Positions 42,917 to 51,653 of a stretch of DNA of 64,000 nucleotides are shown here, piece after piece. A program made the position numbers and the translations under genes. Source of the stretch: an uncultured cyanobacterium. GTDB taxonomy: Bacteria > Cyanobacteriota > Cyanobacteriia > Cyanobacteriales > CAWUOF01. Each line of letters begins with the position of its first letter. Position 1 is the stretch's first letter. The notes beneath the pieces were generated by a model. The model searched no databases. It saw only the letters and a list, made by a program, of their open reading frames with translations, and was not told where the DNA came from. The stretch covers positions 6,112,001 to 6,176,000 of the forward strand of contig CAVUSO010000001.1 in assembly GCA_963744145.1 (NCBI GenBank), in the 5' to 3' direction.

Positions 42917-44764
42917 ATGGAATGGCTGAACTTATCCGAAAAGGTTAAACTGGCAATCCAGACCAGTATAAATCGCCTGGATAAGTCGCAAGATGCTCAT
43001 GAGGCGATCGCTAAAACCCTGGAAGCGATCGGAGAAGTTTTGTCACATATAGGCATCATAGCAGTTAGTCTGATCTCTTACAATTCCAAAAATAAAACGC
43101 TGCGCTATAAAATTGTAGTTCGCGAGGGAAAAGAGGTTTCTTTAGACGGAACTGTGCTTGATCGTGATTGGTCTGTTGACCAGGAAACCTGGAAAATACC
43201 TTGGAACAGGATGCAAAAAGAAGATTTTCTGTGGGGTCTTACTTGTGATCCTACGGTGCTGATTCCTGAAATTAGGGCTTATTATGAAGCAGATGGGGCG
43301 ATCGCTGTTGCTTATCAACCTTTACGTCGAGATCAAAAGATATTTGGCTGGATTACGATTAGCTGGCGATCGCCACAACCTCCTGCACCTGAGCAAATTC
43401 AACTGATTCAGGTGCTCGCTGCATATACCTCACTTGTGATTGAAATGGCTCGGTTAACTAAGTTCGATCGCGATGTCACCGTAGCTCAGGAACAAGAAAT
43501 TGCCGCCGAGCAGCGAGCGATTGAATTGGCAAAAGTGAATGACATCATGCTCGGCACCTTAAATCGTCTGGCGATCGAACAAGAAAAAGCTGCTCTAGAG
43601 CGAGTCGCTCAACTTGCCCAAGCCAATAATACCCTGAAGAAAACACTCGATGTGTTAGCCACTGAACCAAAATTAAATAGCGCTTTAGATCGGATTTTTC
43701 AAGTAACAATCGAACAGCTTGGTTCATCTTCGGCAGCACTTTGGCTATATAAACCAGACTTAGATCAATTCCGTCTCCACTTGATTTATCTTGATGGCAA
43801 GATCATTACTGCTATCTCTGAAAATGCCCATCTCCTAACGGATATTTGGATCAATGGACAAAACCTATCTCGTGACCTGGGATTCAAAGAGCATATTGAG
43901 AAACGTACTCCTGTAATCTATGATGTCGATAGCCATCCAGCCATCAGTAAATTAGCCAGTCGATTTCTCAATAAACTGAACATAAAAACCCTGTTAGGGA
44001 TTCCTTTGCTGCTTGGTTCTGAAGTTATTGGTAGCTATACCATTCGCTTTAGTGATCAACGTGAATTCCAAGCAGAAGAACTAGAATTAATCCAAGCTTT
44101 AGCTCATCAAGCAACCTTAGCAATTAAATTATTACAAATGGCAGAAGAAGCTAAAAATTTGGCCATTCTTGAAGAACGTAACCGATTAGCAGGAGAAATT
44201 CATGATACTTTAGCTCAAGCTTTCACAGGTATCTCAATTCAAACTGGAGTTGCTAAAGAAATTCTTGAACGTGATCCCATTCAAACCCAGCAGATTCTTG
44301 ATCATATTTCGACCCTATCCCAAACTGGATTAGCTGAAGCTCGTCGTTCAGTTTGGGCACTTCATTCCTCTGCGGCTGAATATGCGGATCTAGTTCACAA
44401 TTTACAGCATTATTTTGAACAATTCAAACATATCACCACTCAAGTCGAAGTGAAAATTGAAGGTACACCTAGTCTAGTCTCTCCTGCGATCGGGAAAAAT
44501 CTCCTCAGAATCGCTCAGGAAGCTGTTAATAATGCTATGAAACACGCTAATGCTACAACTATTAGAGTAAAACTTACCTGTGAAGTAGATTTCTTAGGTT
44601 TAGAAATTCGGGATAATGGGTGTGGCTTTGAGCTATCTTCAGATCGAGATGGTTTTGGACTGATCAGTATGACAGAACGAGCAGAGCGGATTGGTGGACA
44701 GATTTTGATCACCAGTGAACTTGACAAAGGTACAGTCATTCAGGTTTATGCACCACTAGCCTAA
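42917..44764 (+). CDS. GAF-containing sensor histidine kinase (HisKA_3, NarX-like)
   Basis: Two GAF-like regions; EERNRLAGEIHDTLAQ, QEAVNNAMKHA, DNGCGF, GFGLISM.ER. Confidence 0.9.
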   Translation: MEWLNLSEKVKLAIQTSINRLDKSQDAHEAIAKTLEAIGEVLSHIGIIAVSLISYNSKNKTLRYKIVVREGKEVSLDGTVLDRDWSVDQETWKIPWNRMQKEDFLWGLTCDPTVLIPEIRAYYEADGAIAVAYQPLRRDQKIFGWITISWRSPQPPAPEQIQLIQVLAAYTSLVIEMARLTKFDRDVTVAQEQEIAAEQRAIELAKVNDIMLGTLNRLAIEQEKAALERVAQLAQANNTLKKTLDVLATEPKLNSALDRIFQVTIEQLGSSSAALWLYKPDLDQFRLHLIYLDGKIITAISENAHLLTDIWINGQNLSRDLGFKEHIEKRTPVIYDVDSHPAISKLASRFLNKLNIKTLLGIPLLLGSEVIGSYTIRFSDQREFQAEELELIQALAHQATLAIKLLQMAEEAKNLAILEERNRLAGEIHDTLAQAFTGISIQTGVAKEILERDPIQTQQILDHISTLSQTGLAEARRSVWALHSSAAEYADLVHNLQHYFEQFKHITTQVEVKIEGTPSLVSPAIGKNLLRIAQEAVNNAMKHANATTIRVKLTCEVDFLGLEIRDNGCGFELSSDRDGFGLISMTERAERIGGQILITSELDKGTVIQVYAPLA

Positions 44765-44775
44765 AAAAAAATTAT

Positions 44776-45402
44776 ATGCTCGAAACTAATATCCAAGTCA
44801 TGATTGTAGACGATCATCCCATTGTGCGAAATGGTCTTGCTCTAATGGTGAAATATGAACCAGGAATGGAAGTGATCGCTGAAGCTAGTAGTGGAGGTGA
44901 AGCAATCACTTTTTTTCGTCAGTATCAGCCTGATGTTACTCTAATGGATTTGCGAATGCCAGAAATTACTGGTGTAGAAACGATCGCAGCTATTCGCCAA
45001 GAATTTCCTGATGCTAAACTAATTATCTTGACTACCTATGATAGTGATGAAGATATTTATCGTGGTTTACAAGTAGGGGCTAAAGGATATATTATGAAAG
45101 ATGCACCTCTTGATGAAATCAAAAAAGCGATTCGGGATGTTTACGCTGGTAAGAAATATATTCCACCTGAAGTAGGCATAAAATTAGCTGAACGTTTGAA
45201 CAATTTTCAGTTAAGTGAACGTGAATGTGAGGTTTTACAACAGGTTGCTCAAGGGAAAAGTAACCGTGAAATTGGCGAAACTTTAAATATTTCTGAAGGA
45301 ACTGTAAAAATGCACATCAATCGTATTTTAAGTAAATTTAACGCATCCGATCGCACCCAAGCTGTTGTGATTGCCTTAAAACGTGGAGTAATTAGTCTTT
45401 AA
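44776..45402 (+). CDS. NarL/LuxR-family response regulator
   Basis: VDDH, LMDLRMP, LSERE...GKSNREI...ISEGTVK. Confidence 0.93.
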   Translation: MLETNIQVMIVDDHPIVRNGLALMVKYEPGMEVIAEASSGGEAITFFRQYQPDVTLMDLRMPEITGVETIAAIRQEFPDAKLIILTTYDSDEDIYRGLQVGAKGYIMKDAPLDEIKKAIRDVYAGKKYIPPEVGIKLAERLNNFQLSERECEVLQQVAQGKSNREIGETLNISEGTVKMHINRILSKFNASDRTQAVVIALKRGVISL

Positions 45403-45540
45403 TTCAGAACCGTTTACTATTCCCTAACTTTCGATCAGATATCACGTAAACTGATCGTCATATTTAGAAATTTAGCGAAAGATAGATGTAAAAGCAGATC
45501 ACTTCTTGTAAACTTAAGCGTAGACTTTAGAGTTACCATC

Positions 45541-46635
45541 ATGAATGCTATGATTAATCTATTTTCTCCCTTCCAGTTAGGAGAAAATCTTCTGTCTAAC
45601 CGAATAGTTATGGCTCCGATGACCCGCTTACGTGCCGTGGATGCTGTCCCCACACAGTTGATGGCTCAATACTATGCTCAAAGAGCTTCAGCAGGGTTAA
45701 TAGTTACTGAATGCACCATGATTTCTCCCCTCAGTAATGGGTATATGAACGGTCCGGGGATTTATACTACAGAACAGATTGCAGCTTGGCAACAGGTTAC
45801 TGAGGCTGTTCATGGTAAAGGGGGCAAAATTTTTCTCCAATTGTGGCATTGTGGACGAGTTTCCCATACTTCATTGTTAAATGGAAAACAACCTGTAGCA
45901 CCTAGTGCAATTGCTGGGACTGGAACCTTACATACTCCTGTTGGCAAAGTTAAATTAGAAGTACCTCAAGCGTTAGAAACGGATCAAATCTTAGAAATTA
46001 TTGAGCAGTTTGGTCAAGCGGCTAAAAATGCCCAGCAAGCAGGGTTTGATGGGATTGAGCTACATGGAGCATTTGGATATTTAATCGATCAATTTCTGCA
46101 AGATGGTTCCAACCAACGAACTGATCAATATGGTGGTTCGATTGAGAATCGAGCCAGATTTTTGTTGGAGGTTGTTGAGACAGTTACCAAAGTTTGGGGT
46201 GGAAGCAAGGTGGGAATTAAGCTTTCTCCTAGTAATACTTTCTATGGTATGTTTGACTCTAATCCCAAAGCAACTTTTACATACCTTATAGAAGCTCTCA
46301 ATAGTTTTGACTTAGCATATATTCATTTGATGGAGCCTAACGAAGCAGATCTTGCTACCCGAGAGGTTCTTAATCCTGTATTACCTCTTTTTCGCCCAAT
46401 TTATCAGGGAATAATCATCACAAATGGTGGTTATAATAAAGCAAAAGGTAATGATGTCATTAGTTCTCAACAAGCTGAGTTAGTATCCTTTGGTCAACTC
46501 TTCATCGCTAATCCTGATTTACCTCAGCGATTTGCCCAGGATGCACCTTTAAATGAACCGAATCCTAGAACCTTTTATTGGCAAGGTTCGCAAGCACAAG
46601 AGATTGGATATACTGACTATCCTACATTACCGTAG
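45541..46635 (+). CDS. Old yellow enzyme / alkene reductase (NemA-like)
   Basis: NRIVMAPMTR, QLWHCGRVSH, GFDGIELHGAFGYL, RTDQYGGSIENR. Confidence 0.92.
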   Translation: MNAMINLFSPFQLGENLLSNRIVMAPMTRLRAVDAVPTQLMAQYYAQRASAGLIVTECTMISPLSNGYMNGPGIYTTEQIAAWQQVTEAVHGKGGKIFLQLWHCGRVSHTSLLNGKQPVAPSAIAGTGTLHTPVGKVKLEVPQALETDQILEIIEQFGQAAKNAQQAGFDGIELHGAFGYLIDQFLQDGSNQRTDQYGGSIENRARFLLEVVETVTKVWGGSKVGIKLSPSNTFYGMFDSNPKATFTYLIEALNSFDLAYIHLMEPNEADLATREVLNPVLPLFRPIYQGIIITNGGYNKAKGNDVISSQQAELVSFGQLFIANPDLPQRFAQDAPLNEPNPRTFYWQGSQAQEIGYTDYPTLP

Positions 46636-46676
46636 CATTTAACATTTTTTGAATTATTTTCAAATTAATCATCAAC

Positions 46677-47339
46677 ATGAGTGATATCCTCACTGTTCCT
46701 GTCTACCCATTTTCCTTACCTGTTCTCCGATTTCCTTACGATGCACTCGAACCATTTATTGATGCAGAAACAATGCAAGTGCATCATCAATTACACCATC
46801 AAAACTATATTGACAATCTGAACGCTGCGATCGCCGAATATCCACAATTGCATCAGATGTCGATCGAAGATATGATGCGACATCTCGATCAAATTCCTGA
46901 AGTGATCCGAGAAACTGTTCGCAATCAAGGAGGTGGTCATGCTAATCATCAGTTTTTTTGGAAGATATTAAAACCTGCTTCTGCAACTTTACCCACAGGT
47001 GTATTAGCAGAAGGAATCGCTCAAACCTTTGATTCGTTTGAAAACTTCAAAGTTCAATTTCATGATGCAGGAATGAAGCTATTTGGCTCAGGTTGGGTTT
47101 TTCTAGTGATTGATCCTAAAGCAGACGGAAAACTAAAAATCCATACTACTACCAATCAAAACAGCGTATTGCTAGAAGGATTACCTGGATTGTTATGCTG
47201 TGACTTATGGGAACATTCCTACTACTTGAAATATCGTAATCAGCGGGCTAACTATTTAGAAGCGTTTTGGAACGTCGTAGATTGGGATGTGGTAGGAAGA
47301 AGGTTAGAAGGTATTCGTGCAGGGAAAAAGCAACTCTAG
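46677..47339 (+). CDS. Fe/Mn superoxide dismutase (Mn-type signature)
   Basis: HH..HH.NY, GGGHANH.FFW, FGSGW, DLWEHSYY. Confidence 0.9.
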   Translation: MSDILTVPVYPFSLPVLRFPYDALEPFIDAETMQVHHQLHHQNYIDNLNAAIAEYPQLHQMSIEDMMRHLDQIPEVIRETVRNQGGGHANHQFFWKILKPASATLPTGVLAEGIAQTFDSFENFKVQFHDAGMKLFGSGWVFLVIDPKADGKLKIHTTTNQNSVLLEGLPGLLCCDLWEHSYYLKYRNQRANYLEAFWNVVDWDVVGRRLEGIRAGKKQL

Positions 47340-47425
47340 TTTGAGTTATTTACATAATGGGTAATTAAAATTACTACATTCAACCACAAACTTTCATCAT
47401 TAACTTTAAAATAGGAAAGAGAAAA

Positions 47426-48913
47426 ATGACTGCTACATTTACGAAAAAACAACTGTTGAATTGGAGTGAAATGAATGGAAAACTCTACAGCAACGGATGG
47501 ATAGAAGGTGTTCAAACCACCAATATCATTGCTCCAGCAACAGGAAAAATATTAGGACAGTCAGGACTAGGCTCGGCTAAAACAATTGCAGAAGCTGCCA
47601 AAATTGCCTTAGCAGCACAGAAAGAATGGATACAAGTATCACCAGAAGAAAAGCGATCGCTACTGATTCGTGCTGATGCTTTATTACATGAGTATGCTGA
47701 AGAAATTTGTGAAGTGACCATGCAGGAAATTGGGGCAACTCGTGGTAAAGCAATGTTTGAAATCACGTTCTGTTCTGATGAATTTCTAGAAGCATCTTCC
47801 TATCCAACTCAGCATCAGGGAGTCTTACTTGCCGATCGCGCTAATCGCAAAAGCTATGGAGTGCGAGTTCCCTATGGTGTAGTCGCTGCATTGACTCCTT
47901 CAAATGTACCATTATTATTAGCAGCGCGTGTGATTGCTCCCGCATTAGCGACTGGAAATGCAGTTATTCTAAGACCTCATCCTTGTTCAATTGTCTGTGG
48001 TGGGTTTCTTTTTGCACGGATTTTTGAAGAAGCTGGACTCCCCCCCGGACTGCTCCATGTGATTCCCGCTAGAGGTAAAGAAGCGGAAGCTTTTGAAACC
48101 GATCCAAACATCTCAATGATCCATTTCACAGGTTCTTCATCAACTGGACAACGTATTGCCGAAACCGCTAGTAGATCGCTGAAAAAAGTCTCAATTAGTG
48201 GTAGTGGGAAAAATCCATTTGTAGTATTAGAAGATATTGAAGACCTGGAAGCAACCGTTTCAACTGCTGTATTTAGTACCTTTTACTTTGGTGGACAGTC
48301 TTGCATGACAGCAGGACGACATTTAGTACATCGCAGTTTAATAAATGAATATATTCAGCGATTTGTGGAAATCGCCAGCAAACTGATTGTTGATGATCCT
48401 TTGACCAATCCAGATGCGTTCTACGGTCCGATGATTCAACCTGAGATGGTGCATCGTCAGGAAGAAATCGTTCAAGATGCAGTATCCAAGGGAGCTACAC
48501 TTCACTTGGGAGGGAAAGCAAGAGGACCGTTTTTTCCTCCTACTATTCTCAGTGGAGTGAAACCGGGAATGAATGCGTGGGATGAAGAAATTTTTGGACC
48601 GATCGCTGCAATCACTGCTTTTGATACTGATGAAGAAGCTATTCAATTAGCGAATGATACTCCATACGGACTTTCCGGAGCTGTGTTCGGTTCCCAGACG
48701 CGAGCAACTTATGTAGCAGAACAGTTACAAACAGGTATGATTCACATTAACGATCGCTCTACCGATGATAGTGCTTATGTTCCTTTCGGTGGATTCAAAC
48801 TATCGGGTAACGGTGGACGCTACGGTAGTTATGTTAACTGGGACGAATATACTCAGTGGCGCTGGGTTACTATTTCCCAAAAACCTACGCTAGTTTCTTT
48901 TTTCGGGCATTAA
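47426..48913 (+). CDS. Aldehyde dehydrogenase (benzaldehyde dehydrogenase-like)
   Basis: FTGS, GQSCMT, EEIFGP, PFGG. Confidence 0.88.
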   Translation: MTATFTKKQLLNWSEMNGKLYSNGWIEGVQTTNIIAPATGKILGQSGLGSAKTIAEAAKIALAAQKEWIQVSPEEKRSLLIRADALLHEYAEEICEVTMQEIGATRGKAMFEITFCSDEFLEASSYPTQHQGVLLADRANRKSYGVRVPYGVVAALTPSNVPLLLAARVIAPALATGNAVILRPHPCSIVCGGFLFARIFEEAGLPPGLLHVIPARGKEAEAFETDPNISMIHFTGSSSTGQRIAETASRSLKKVSISGSGKNPFVVLEDIEDLEATVSTAVFSTFYFGGQSCMTAGRHLVHRSLINEYIQRFVEIASKLIVDDPLTNPDAFYGPMIQPEMVHRQEEIVQDAVSKGATLHLGGKARGPFFPPTILSGVKPGMNAWDEEIFGPIAAITAFDTDEEAIQLANDTPYGLSGAVFGSQTRATYVAEQLQTGMIHINDRSTDDSAYVPFGGFKLSGNGGRYGSYVNWDEYTQWRWVTISQKPTLVSFFGH

Positions 48914-48922
48914 GGAGAAATT

Positions 48923-49633
48923 ATGGCACGTTTAATATCTTATGCTGATGGTGAATCTCCCCTGGAAGGTTATTTTGTTCCTCCTCAAAATCGCGATCGC
49001 GCTCCAGGTATCCTAATTGTTCCTACTTGGTTGAGTATTACCGAAAGTATCAAACAACGTGCCGATCGCCTTGCTGCTTTAGGATACACTGCTTTTGTTT
49101 TGGATGTTTTTGGTAAGGGAGTTCGTCCTGCACCACCACAAACACCACAGGCGATCGTACATCCTTTTATGAGCGATCGCGCGAAGTTCCGCACTCGTTT
49201 AAAAGCTGGGTTAGAGATCTTACTACAACAGCCAGAATGTCATCCAGACCAGATTGGCGCGATCGGTTACTGCTTCGGTGGTTGCGCTGTGTTGGAATTG
49301 GCCAGAAGTGGTGCTAACTTGAAAGGAGTGGTTAGTTTTCACGGAGAACTTAATTCACCAATACCAGCCCAACCAGATACCATAAAAGCCAAAATTCTGG
49401 TCTTGCATGGCGATGCCGATCCAATTGTACCATTTGATCAGCTAATTGGCTTTCGAGAGGAGATGCGATCGGTTAATGCTAATTGGGAAATTGATATTTA
49501 TAGCGAGGCAAAACATAGTTTCACTGGGGAAGGGGTGAGTGGTAAAATGCCTGAAGCAGGTCTAAATCATCAGGCTGAAGCCAGATCATGGCAAAAGATG
49601 GTGAATTTCTTTGAGGAAGTCTTAGCCGTTTAA
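48923..49633 (+). CDS. Dienelactone hydrolase family protein
   Basis: GYCFGG, HGDADP, HSFT; AGGAG RBS. Confidence 0.9.
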   Translation: MARLISYADGESPLEGYFVPPQNRDRAPGILIVPTWLSITESIKQRADRLAALGYTAFVLDVFGKGVRPAPPQTPQAIVHPFMSDRAKFRTRLKAGLEILLQQPECHPDQIGAIGYCFGGCAVLELARSGANLKGVVSFHGELNSPIPAQPDTIKAKILVLHGDADPIVPFDQLIGFREEMRSVNANWEIDIYSEAKHSFTGEGVSGKMPEAGLNHQAEARSWQKMVNFFEEVLAV

Positions 49634-49775
49634 ATACCATTAAGAATACACTCAAACACTCACAGATAGCCTCTCGGTAGTCGGGTGCATTGGGATTGTT
49701 ATGCAGCCGTGTTTGACTGACTAGCAAAGGAAACTGACCCAATACTGATTGGATAAGCCCAAAGCGAGACAAATC

Positions 49776-50084
49776 AAGGTTATTTTGTTCCTCCTCATAC
49801 CAATTCACCATGAAGATACATTGATGTATATTGATCTGTGAGTGAGGGTGGGTTTTGATGATTAGTGGGCAAATCTCAAACATCTCGGTGAACCCACCCC
49901 TACAAAAACCCGCAAATAGAGGATAAACTTGGTAGGGGCAGGTTCACCAGTCAATTCTGTCGCCAACAGATCACTATTATAAACCTGCCCTGGCCTAACA
50001 GATCAAACTCAGATTAAGTGCAATTTCATGGGTTATTGGTATCAAAATCGCGCGAAGTTCCGTACCCGTCTAAAAAACTGGGTT
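49776..50084 (+). pseudogene. Relic duplicate of the dienelactone hydrolase gene, internally deleted and interrupted by a MITE
   Basis: 49776-49797 is identical to 48966-48987; 50047-50084 closely matches 49176-49212. Confidence 0.75.
49798..50041. mobile_element. MITE-like element with TIRs and TCA target-site duplication, carrying two GTAG-type REP hairpins
   Basis: TCA|TACCAATTCACCATGAAGATACA ... TGCAATTTCATGGGTTATTGGTA|TCA; the empty site CTCC-TCA-AAATCGCG is visible in the intact gene at 48981-48995. Confidence 0.85.
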
Positions 50085-50299
50085 TTGCTATGGGGAAGTT
50101 CAGTTTAATTTAAAAAAATATTTAAAATCTAATATTTTGGTTGAAAATACTCGTCCCTTTATCCAATAAAAATTTAAACTCCTCACTAGTACAGGGATAT
50201 AGGTCACGAGTACACCCTTAATTCTCAACTGAAATTCTCAATCTCGCGTGATACCAATATAGTTGGTAAAAACAATTATTTGCGGTTCTAGCAGATTTT

Positions 50300-51214
50300 A
50301 TGAATAGTTTATCCCCAAACACCCTGAATCGGATTCGAGATCCCTTAGCTTATAGGTATAATTACTCAAGCGGGATGCCACCTAAAATCGAAAGAATGTT
50401 AAATTGGTTTGAGAAATTGGGCTACAGGGTCTTACTCCAATCCGATATTATTTCTGGTCAACATCAAACCATCTTAAGAAGTTATCAGAATGGAATTCTT
50501 TGCGATCGCTTTTCTAACTCCATCCAGAAAATCAATCCAGGGGTTTCCGAAGCGCAAATTAAACAAGTTCTGCACCAATTCATCTTTGAGCAAAATGTTT
50601 CATCATTCATCCAACAAAATCGTCAATGGCATTTACAACTATTGGAGGGGGTGAACCTCAAAACTGCGGGGGTAACCACCAAATTAAAAATCTTAGATTT
50701 CGCCAATCCAGCTAATAACGACTGGTTAGTAATTTACTCTTTTCCTGTAGTTGAAAGAGACTATTACCATTGTCTAGATTTAGTAATATTTATTAATGGC
50801 ATCCCCTTAGCTCTATTTCAAGGATTACATGGAGAAGAACAAATCTGGTCTCTCCGAGCTGCTTATTTACAGCTCCAAGAATATCAAGAGCATTTACGAA
50901 AATTTTTCTCATTTAATGAATTGTTAGTGGTTTCTAATGGGAGCCAATCCCGAATAGGGGTTTCTACTAATACCTGGAAACAATTTATCCAAGTTTGTTC
51001 AGACCAAGCAGAAGCAGCTCTGTTTTTAGGGAAAACTGAAATCCAAGCATTAATATCGATGATCTTTAATCAGTGGTCTTTTTTGCAAATCATCCAAAAT
51101 TATATTGTTTTTCGTCAAAGCCGAACAATTTTGACAAAAAAATTATGTTTCCATTCTTTTTGTACAGATCAAAACTATAATAATCTAGCTAGAACAGATT
51201 TAATCAGGAGGTAA
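50300..51214 (+). CDS. Stand-alone type I restriction HsdR N-terminal (nuclease-like) domain, degenerate
   Basis: LDFANPANNDWLV, DLVIFINGIPL, AY.QLQEY, FNELLVVSNG..SRIG; no helicase motifs. Confidence 0.7.
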   Translation: MNSLSPNTLNRIRDPLAYRYNYSSGMPPKIERMLNWFEKLGYRVLLQSDIISGQHQTILRSYQNGILCDRFSNSIQKINPGVSEAQIKQVLHQFIFEQNVSSFIQQNRQWHLQLLEGVNLKTAGVTTKLKILDFANPANNDWLVIYSFPVVERDYYHCLDLVIFINGIPLALFQGLHGEEQIWSLRAAYLQLQEYQEHLRKFFSFNELLVVSNGSQSRIGVSTNTWKQFIQVCSDQAEAALFLGKTEIQALISMIFNQWSFLQIIQNYIVFRQSRTILTKKLCFHSFCTDQNYNNLARTDLIRR

Positions 51215-51216
51215 CA

Positions 51217-51645
51217 ATGGCTACAGTAATTTTTTACGAAAAACCAGGTTGTATTAACAACACTAAGCAAAAAGCTTTATTAAATGCAGCGGGACATACG
51301 GTGGAAGCACATAACTTATTAACTGAACCTTGGACAGTAGAAACTTTACGTGCTTTTTTTGCAGATTTACCTGTCCCAGAATGGTTTAACTATACTGCAC
51401 CTCAAATCAAATCTGGAAAAGTTATTCCAGCTCAATTAGACGCAGAAACTGCTTTAAACTTAATGCTCAGTGATCCTTTATTAATCCGTCGTCCTCTACT
51501 CCAAGTTGCCGATCGCAGAGAAGTCGGTTTTGACAGTAATAAAATCGATACATGGATTGGGTTAACAGCAGCAGATCAATCTCAGCAAGTAGTTCGCGAT
51601 CGCTTAATTGAGCAAAATCTCGAAGCTTGTCCAAACAATCATTAA
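51217..51645 (+). CDS. ArsC/Spx-like 'nitrogenase-associated' family protein
   Basis: FYEKPGCINNTKQK, WFN..AP.IKSG, PLLIRRPL, VGFD. Confidence 0.8.
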   Translation: MATVIFYEKPGCINNTKQKALLNAAGHTVEAHNLLTEPWTVETLRAFFADLPVPEWFNYTAPQIKSGKVIPAQLDAETALNLMLSDPLLIRRPLLQVADRREVGFDSNKIDTWIGLTAADQSQQVVRDRLIEQNLEACPNNH

Positions 51646-51653
51646 ATCTGCAC

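Noticed and set aside
50249..50270. TACCAATATAGTTGGTA as a third MITE
   Set aside because: It is only a short palindrome, with no TGAA/TGCA sub-motif and no target duplication.
51217..51645. Evidence of nitrogen fixation from the 'nitrogenase-associated' protein
   Set aside because: No nif genes are in the window, and the family name alone is insufficient.
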